Below, piece by piece: positions 59,316 through 64,000 of a stretch of 64,000 nucleotides of DNA (positions are counted from its first letter, which is position 1; every line of letters starts with the position of its first letter). The notes under the pieces were generated by a model that saw nothing but the letters and a program-made list of their open reading frames with translations, did no database searches and was not told the origin of the DNA. The stretch is from Trueperaceae bacterium (GTDB lineage: Bacteria > Deinococcota > Deinococci > Deinococcales > Trueperaceae): NCBI GenBank assembly GCA_965215565.1, contig CBDCDZ010000004.1, positions 2,240,001 through 2,304,000 of the forward strand, in the 5' to 3' direction. The position numbers and the translations under genes are program-made.

Positions 59316-61078
59316 CCTTCAGCACCCTCAACCTCTTGCTCGTCTTAGTCGCCGCCTTCGCGGGCGGACGCCTTGCGGTGCGCCTCGGCTACCCGGCGGT
59401 TTTGGGTGAAATCATGGCGGGCATCGTCTTAGGTCCGCCGCTTCTAGGGCTCCTGTATGCGAGCGACGCGCTCATGGTCTTGGCGGACTTAGGCGTCTTG
59501 CTCATGATGATGTTCGTCGGCATGGAGGTCAACTTCAAGGAGTTACAGCGCTCGTCCAAAGGTGGGCTGTACGCTGCGCTGGGCGGATTTGTCGTTCCGT
59601 TCGTTTTAGGCGTCGCGGTGATGCTCTTTTGGGGCGAGCCGCTCATCGCGGCGCTCTTCGTGGGCGTGGCGATGGGCGTGACCTCTTTAGCAACCAAGTC
59701 GCGCATCTTGACCGACTTGGGCATCTTGGATACGCGCATCGCGAGCGTGATGATGGCGGGAGCGCTCATCGCGGACACCTTGTCGCTTCTCTTTTTCGCG
59801 AGCATCTTGGGCGTGGCGGAGGCGGGGGGGCTCGAGCTGCTCGGCACCTTGTGGCTCCTCGCCCGCGTGTGCCTCTTTTTCGCGGCGTCGTGGCTGCTCG
59901 GGCTCTACGTCGTCCCGCCCCTCTACCGCTGGCTCCGCAAGCGCGGGCTTACCAGCCGCACCTTCCACGCGACGCTGGCGCTTATTATCGCCCTGACCTT
60001 TGCTGAACTCGCGGAGCTAGCCGGGCTGCACGGCATCTTGGGCGCGTTTTTAGCGGGGATGTTCCTGCGCGAAGCGATCAGCGAGCGCCGTCTGTCGCAC
60101 GAACTCACCGAGTTAGTGCGCGACGTGTCCATCGGCTTTCTCGCGCCCGTCTTCTTCTTGACCATCGGCTTCGAGGTGTCGTTCGGGATGTTGGGGCAGA
60201 GCCTCGGTTTGCTGCTCACCGTCATCGTCGTCGCAACGGTAGGCAAGATCGTCGGCACGCTGCTGTTTTACCTCTGGAGCGGCGGCGCTTGGCGCGAAGG
60301 TTTGGTCATCGGCATGGGGATGAACGACAGAGGGGCAGTTGAGATCATCTTAGCGGGCATCGCCCTGCGCGCCGGGCTCATCAGCAGCGAGGTCTTTTCC
60401 ATCCTGGTAGTCATGGCGGTGGTTACGACCGCGACGGTGCCGCTCCTCCTGACGTGGGGCGTGGGCTGGCTCAAAGAGCGCGGCGAACTAGCCCGCGCTG
60501 GCTCGGAGCGGCGGGGCGTCGTCATCGTCGGGGCAGGTCCGGTAGCGCGGATTCTGGCGCGTGAACTGAGCGCGTCGCGCCCGGTAACGCTCGTGGACAC
60601 CAATCAGACGAACTGTGACGAAGCGGCGGCGCTGGGGCTCAGCGCGGTGCACGGCGACGCCTTGGACGACGCGCCGCTGCTCGACGCGGGCGTCGAAGGG
60701 GCGGGGCTCCTCATCGGTCTGACGCCCAACGCCGAAGTCAACGTTTTGGTTGTCAAACGCGCCGCCGAAGAGTTCTCTGTGCCCGAATGTTACGCGCTCC
60801 TCACCAAAGGGAGCGACGGCGGGCTCTTTCGGCAGCTCGAGCGCACGGGCGCACAGCCCCTTTTCACCAACCCGGTCAGTCTGCTCGAGTGGGACTATGA
60901 CCTCATCATGGCGCAAGCCCAGGAGTTACTTCTCACTACCGATCAGGAAGGGAGGCTCGAGGGGGCGAACGCCGCCCTACTCCCTCTCGTCGTGCGGCGC
61001 GGGCGAGCGAATAGGCTCTTTAGAAGCGTTCAAGATTTGCAAGTGGGCGACGAGGTGGTGGCGCTTGGGCGGGGCTGA
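59312..61078 (+). CDS. CPA2 cation:proton antiporter with C-terminal TrkA_N/RCK domain
   Basis: PAVLGEIMAGIVLGP; ILGAFLAG; RGAVE; IVGAGPVA...VHGDA. Confidence 0.9.
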   Translation: MTFSTLNLLLVLVAAFAGGRLAVRLGYPAVLGEIMAGIVLGPPLLGLLYASDALMVLADLGVLLMMMFVGMEVNFKELQRSSKGGLYAALGGFVVPFVLGVAVMLFWGEPLIAALFVGVAMGVTSLATKSRILTDLGILDTRIASVMMAGALIADTLSLLFFASILGVAEAGGLELLGTLWLLARVCLFFAASWLLGLYVVPPLYRWLRKRGLTSRTFHATLALIIALTFAELAELAGLHGILGAFLAGMFLREAISERRLSHELTELVRDVSIGFLAPVFFLTIGFEVSFGMLGQSLGLLLTVIVVATVGKIVGTLLFYLWSGGAWREGLVIGMGMNDRGAVEIILAGIALRAGLISSEVFSILVVMAVVTTATVPLLLTWGVGWLKERGELARAGSERRGVVIVGAGPVARILARELSASRPVTLVDTNQTNCDEAAALGLSAVHGDALDDAPLLDAGVEGAGLLIGLTPNAEVNVLVVKRAAEEFSVPECYALLTKGSDGGLFRQLERTGAQPLFTNPVSLLEWDYDLIMAQAQELLLTTDQEGRLEGANAALLPLVVRRGRANRLFRSVQDLQVGDEVVALGRG

Positions 61079-61204
61079 GAGGTTGTCAGCACTGAAGCTA
61101 CCTAGAGTCAGCCAAGCAGGTGCGAAAAGTCAAGATTCGGTAGTGCGCCTAGAGACGCTGTCGAAGCCTCTCGTCCTCGCAGCCTCGCCGCGCTACAATA
61201 CCTC

Positions 61205-62485
61205 ATGCGTTCAACTGACCTGATCGACCAAAAGCGCCGAGGCGAAAGCCACAACCGAGAGGATTTAGAGGCCTTTATCCAGGGATATGTTGCGGGCGAC
61301 GTGCCCGATTATCAGGTGTCGGCGTGGCTCATGGCGGTGTGCTGGCGCGGCATGAACCCGCAAGAAACCGCCGAGCTGACACAAATCATGGCGGGCTCGG
61401 GCGACACTTTAGACCTTTCCAACCTCTCGCACACAGTAGACAAACACTCCACAGGCGGCGTCGGCGACAAGACGAGCCTGGTGCTCGCGCCCCTTTTAGC
61501 CTCTTGCGGCGCAACGGTTGCCAAGATGAGCGGGCGCGGGCTCGGGCATACGGGCGGGACTATTGATAAGTTGGAGAGCGTCCCCGGTTTCCAGACGGAC
61601 ATCAGCGAGGAGAGGTTTTACAAGCAGGCGCGAGAGGTGGGCGCGGTCATCGCGGGGCAAAATAGAGACCTAGCGCCCGCCGACGGGCTGCTCTACGCCC
61701 TACGCGACGCCACCTCCACCGTCGAATCGCTGCCACTCATCGCCAGCTCCATCATGAGCAAGAAGCTCGCGGGCGGGGCGCACTCCATCGTGCTGGACGT
61801 AAAAGTCGGCAGCGGCGCGTTCATGAAAACGCTGGACGATGCGCGCGAACTCGCCCGTGCAATGATCGACATCGGCGAACGGGCGGGGCGGGGCGTGCGC
61901 GCCGTCCTGAGCGGCATGTCCGAACCGCTCGGCTGCGCGGTGGGCAACACCTTAGAGGTGCAAGAGGCGACGCGCTGCCTACAAGGGGAAGGACCGGAGG
62001 ATTTGCAGGATTTGTGCCTTACGCTCTCCGAGCACGTCTTAGCGGCGTCGGGCTTGGAGGTGACGCGCGCGCAGTTAGAGGAGAAACTCCAGAACGGTGA
62101 AGCCTACGCGAAATTCGAAGCGTGGGTAGAGGCGCAAGGGGGAGACGTATCAGCGCTGGAAAGTTTGGAACTCGCCCCTGAACGCTACGAACTCAGCGCG
62201 GAAAAGAGCGGCAAACTCGCCGAACTGAACGCGCTCGCCGTCGGCCAAGCCGTCAAAGTTTTAGGTGGCGGACGCAGCAAAAAGGGAGATGAGATAGACG
62301 CGGGCGTCGGCGTCATGCTCCGCGCCAAAATCGGTGATGAGATAGACGAGGGCGCGCCCTTACTAACAATCTATCACCGCAACGAAAGAGGCCTCCAGGA
62401 CGCGCTAAAGCTACTTGAGAAAGCCGCCGATATCAGCCAAGAAGAGGTGGATGCGCCGCCGCTCATCTTCGAAACGCTGCCATAA
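61205..62485 (+). CDS. pdp: Pyrimidine-nucleoside (thymidine) phosphorylase
   Basis: DKHSTGGVGDK; KMSGRGLGHTGGTIDKLES; SIMSKK. Confidence 0.95.
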   Translation: MRSTDLIDQKRRGESHNREDLEAFIQGYVAGDVPDYQVSAWLMAVCWRGMNPQETAELTQIMAGSGDTLDLSNLSHTVDKHSTGGVGDKTSLVLAPLLASCGATVAKMSGRGLGHTGGTIDKLESVPGFQTDISEERFYKQAREVGAVIAGQNRDLAPADGLLYALRDATSTVESLPLIASSIMSKKLAGGAHSIVLDVKVGSGAFMKTLDDARELARAMIDIGERAGRGVRAVLSGMSEPLGCAVGNTLEVQEATRCLQGEGPEDLQDLCLTLSEHVLAASGLEVTRAQLEEKLQNGEAYAKFEAWVEAQGGDVSALESLELAPERYELSAEKSGKLAELNALAVGQAVKVLGGGRSKKGDEIDAGVGVMLRAKIGDEIDEGAPLLTIYHRNERGLQDALKLLEKAADISQEEVDAPPLIFETLP

Positions 62486-62493
62486 ACTGAGAG

Positions 62494-62892
62494 GTGGACG
62501 CGCTCTACCTTTCGCAGCGTACCCTCAAAGAGGTGCTAGGGCACGCCCGCGCCGCGCTGCCTAACGAGTGCGTCGGCTTGCTCTTCGGTTACGGAAATAG
62601 GGTTAAAAGGCGTGTCCCGCTAACGAACGTTGCGGACGCTTCGGCGCGCTACTTCGCCGCTCCCGGTGAGCTTTTCGCGGCTTTACGAGAGGCGGAAGCC
62701 GAAGGTGACGACCTCTTAGCTATCTATCACTCGCATCCGAACGGACGGCAAACGCCTTCTGAAACGGATTTGAAAGAGGCGCGTTACAGCGCAGCGCACC
62801 TCATCGTCGCGCCTCAGCTCGGCGTGGTGAGGGCGTTTATGTTGAACGAAGTGCGAGAGGTTGATCTTATCGTGGAGCGCAGTGAACTTTGA
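62494..62892 (+). CDS. Mov34/MPN/JAB (M67) metallopeptidase
   Basis: PNECVG; YHSHP....PSETD JAMM motif. Confidence 0.9.
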   Translation: MDALYLSQRTLKEVLGHARAALPNECVGLLFGYGNRVKRRVPLTNVADASARYFAAPGELFAALREAEAEGDDLLAIYHSHPNGRQTPSETDLKEARYSAAHLIVAPQLGVVRAFMLNEVREVDLIVERSEL

Positions 62893-62926
62893 AGAGGTGT
62901 TTATCGCTATCCGGTAGGCTGGACGT

Positions 62927-63298
62927 GTGAACGTCTTTAGCACGTTTGGTCCAAGGGTGAGGCTCGAGCTTGAGAATCAAGAACGCCTCTTTTTTAGAAG
63001 GTTGTTCGTTCTCATTGAGAATATGCTTGCAACTCGCAACCTCTCAGTTGAGGAGCACACCGCTATTTTCGGTGAGGACATACATAAAGCTGAAGAGATG
63101 ATTACGCCTTTTAGAACACGTAGCTCAGTTGTGCTCGAGTGTTCGCCTGAAGAGGTAGAAATTTTGGAAAAAGCTATCCGCTTAGCTTTGCGAAGCAGCT
63201 ACTTCGAAGACCGCTTTAGGCTGTTGCTCGGACTTGATAAACTTCAAGCAAGAGCGTTACTAGATCAACTCAACAAGGCGAAAGATGGCTTAAACTAA
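62927..63298 (+). CDS. Hypothetical protein
   Basis: 123-aa ORF in an AT-richer segment; TAGGCT upstream of GTG. Confidence 0.55.
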   Translation: MNVFSTFGPRVRLELENQERLFFRRLFVLIENMLATRNLSVEEHTAIFGEDIHKAEEMITPFRTRSSVVLECSPEEVEILEKAIRLALRSSYFEDRFRLLLGLDKLQARALLDQLNKAKDGLN

Positions 63299-63302
63299 CC
63301 CT

Positions 63303-64000
63303 ATGTTCAGCAAAGATCAACTTGACCGCTACGCCCGCCACATCATCTTGCCCGGTGTGGGCGCGGCGGGTCAAAAGAGGCTGTTGGAATCCAAAGCCCT
63401 CATCGTCGGCGCGGGCGGCTTGGGCTCGCCTATCTTGCTCTACCTCGCGGCGGCGGGCGTCGGCACGCTCGGCGTGGTGGACGACGACGTGGTGGACATG
63501 AGCAACTTGCAGCGGCAGGTGATTCACAGCGCGAAGCGGTTGGGGGAGAAGAAAACGGATTCGGCTCGAGCCTCACTCGAAGACCTCAACCCCGATGTCG
63601 AGGTTGTCTCGCACGAGGTGAGGCTGGACGCCGACAACGCTTTAGACATTCTTAAAGGCTATGACCTCATCCTGGACGGCTCCGACAACTTCCCCACGCG
63701 CTACCTCGTGAACGACGCCTGCGTGCTGCTCGGCAAACCTCTTCTCTACGGCGCAATGGCGCAGTTCGAAGGGCAGGTCAGCGTGCTCCACGCGGAAACC
63801 GAAAGCGGCTTGGGTCCATGCTACCGCTGCTTGTACCCGGAGCCGCCGCAGCCCGGCGCGGTTAGAAGTTGCGCGGAGGCGGGCGTGTTCGGGGCGCTGC
63901 CTGGCGTGATCGGGAGTCTGATGGCAACTGAAGCGATCAAGCATCTAGTCGGCTTAGGCGAGACGCTCGCCGGGACGCTGCTCCACTTCGACGCGCTGCA
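63303..64000 (+). CDS. moeB: MoeB/ThiF-family E1-like adenylyltransferase (3' truncated; absent from the ORF track)
   Basis: My translation: MFSKDQLDRYARHIILPGVGAAGQKRL...IVGAGGLGSP...DMSNLQRQ...DGSDNFPTRY...PCYRC...SCAEAGV. Confidence 0.92.
   Translation, partial: MFSKDQLDRYARHIILPGVGAAGQKRLLESKALIVGAGGLGSPILLYLAAAGVGTLGVVDDDVVDMSNLQRQVIHSAKRLGEKKTDSARASLEDLNPDVEVVSHEVRLDADNALDILKGYDLILDGSDNFPTRYLVNDACVLLGKPLLYGAMAQFEGQVSVLHAETESGLGPCYRCLYPEPPQPGAVRSCAEAGVFGALPGVIGSLMATEAIKHLVGLGETLAGTLLHFDAL

Noticed and set aside
34700..60340. Scattered substitutions at usually conserved residues (GTHNC, LLTDD, GMNDRG) as a sign of genome decay or DNA damage
   Set aside because: Too few, and cannot be evaluated without alignments or reads.

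Overview
GC-rich bacterial chromosomal window, most likely Deinococcota (Truepera/Trueperaceae-like). This is inferred from bshC, futalosine-pathway mqnE/mqnA, trmFO, a MurE without the DNPR motif, tandem Uma2 genes, DUF4388-like proteins and many apparently leaderless genes (TANNNT 5-8 nt before the start codon). About 65 CDSs: an RND efflux operon, a polysaccharide cluster (two GT4, flippase, asparagine-synthase-like, WecB/TagA), housekeeping genes (aroE, ltaE, trmFO, lysA-like, glyA, dnaG, murE, pdp, moeB), a Brp/Blh dioxygenase, and a QueA-like operon with a Cys-rich GAF two-component system. No rRNA, tRNA, CRISPR or transposase was seen. The most striking observation is an array of six DnaA boxes (five perfect TTATCCACA) written in-frame inside the sixA coding sequence as a VDKG-repeat insertion. 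Other points of interest: a DUF4388-like/Cache/HAMP receptor with no catalytic output plus a partner protein, two SD-led micro-ORFs coupled to downstream genes, a four-copy TA-flanked MITE family carrying mini-hairpin inserts, heptamer-repeat hairpins, and strong CTCGAG over-representation. All family assignments come from motif recognition by eye; no database searches were run.
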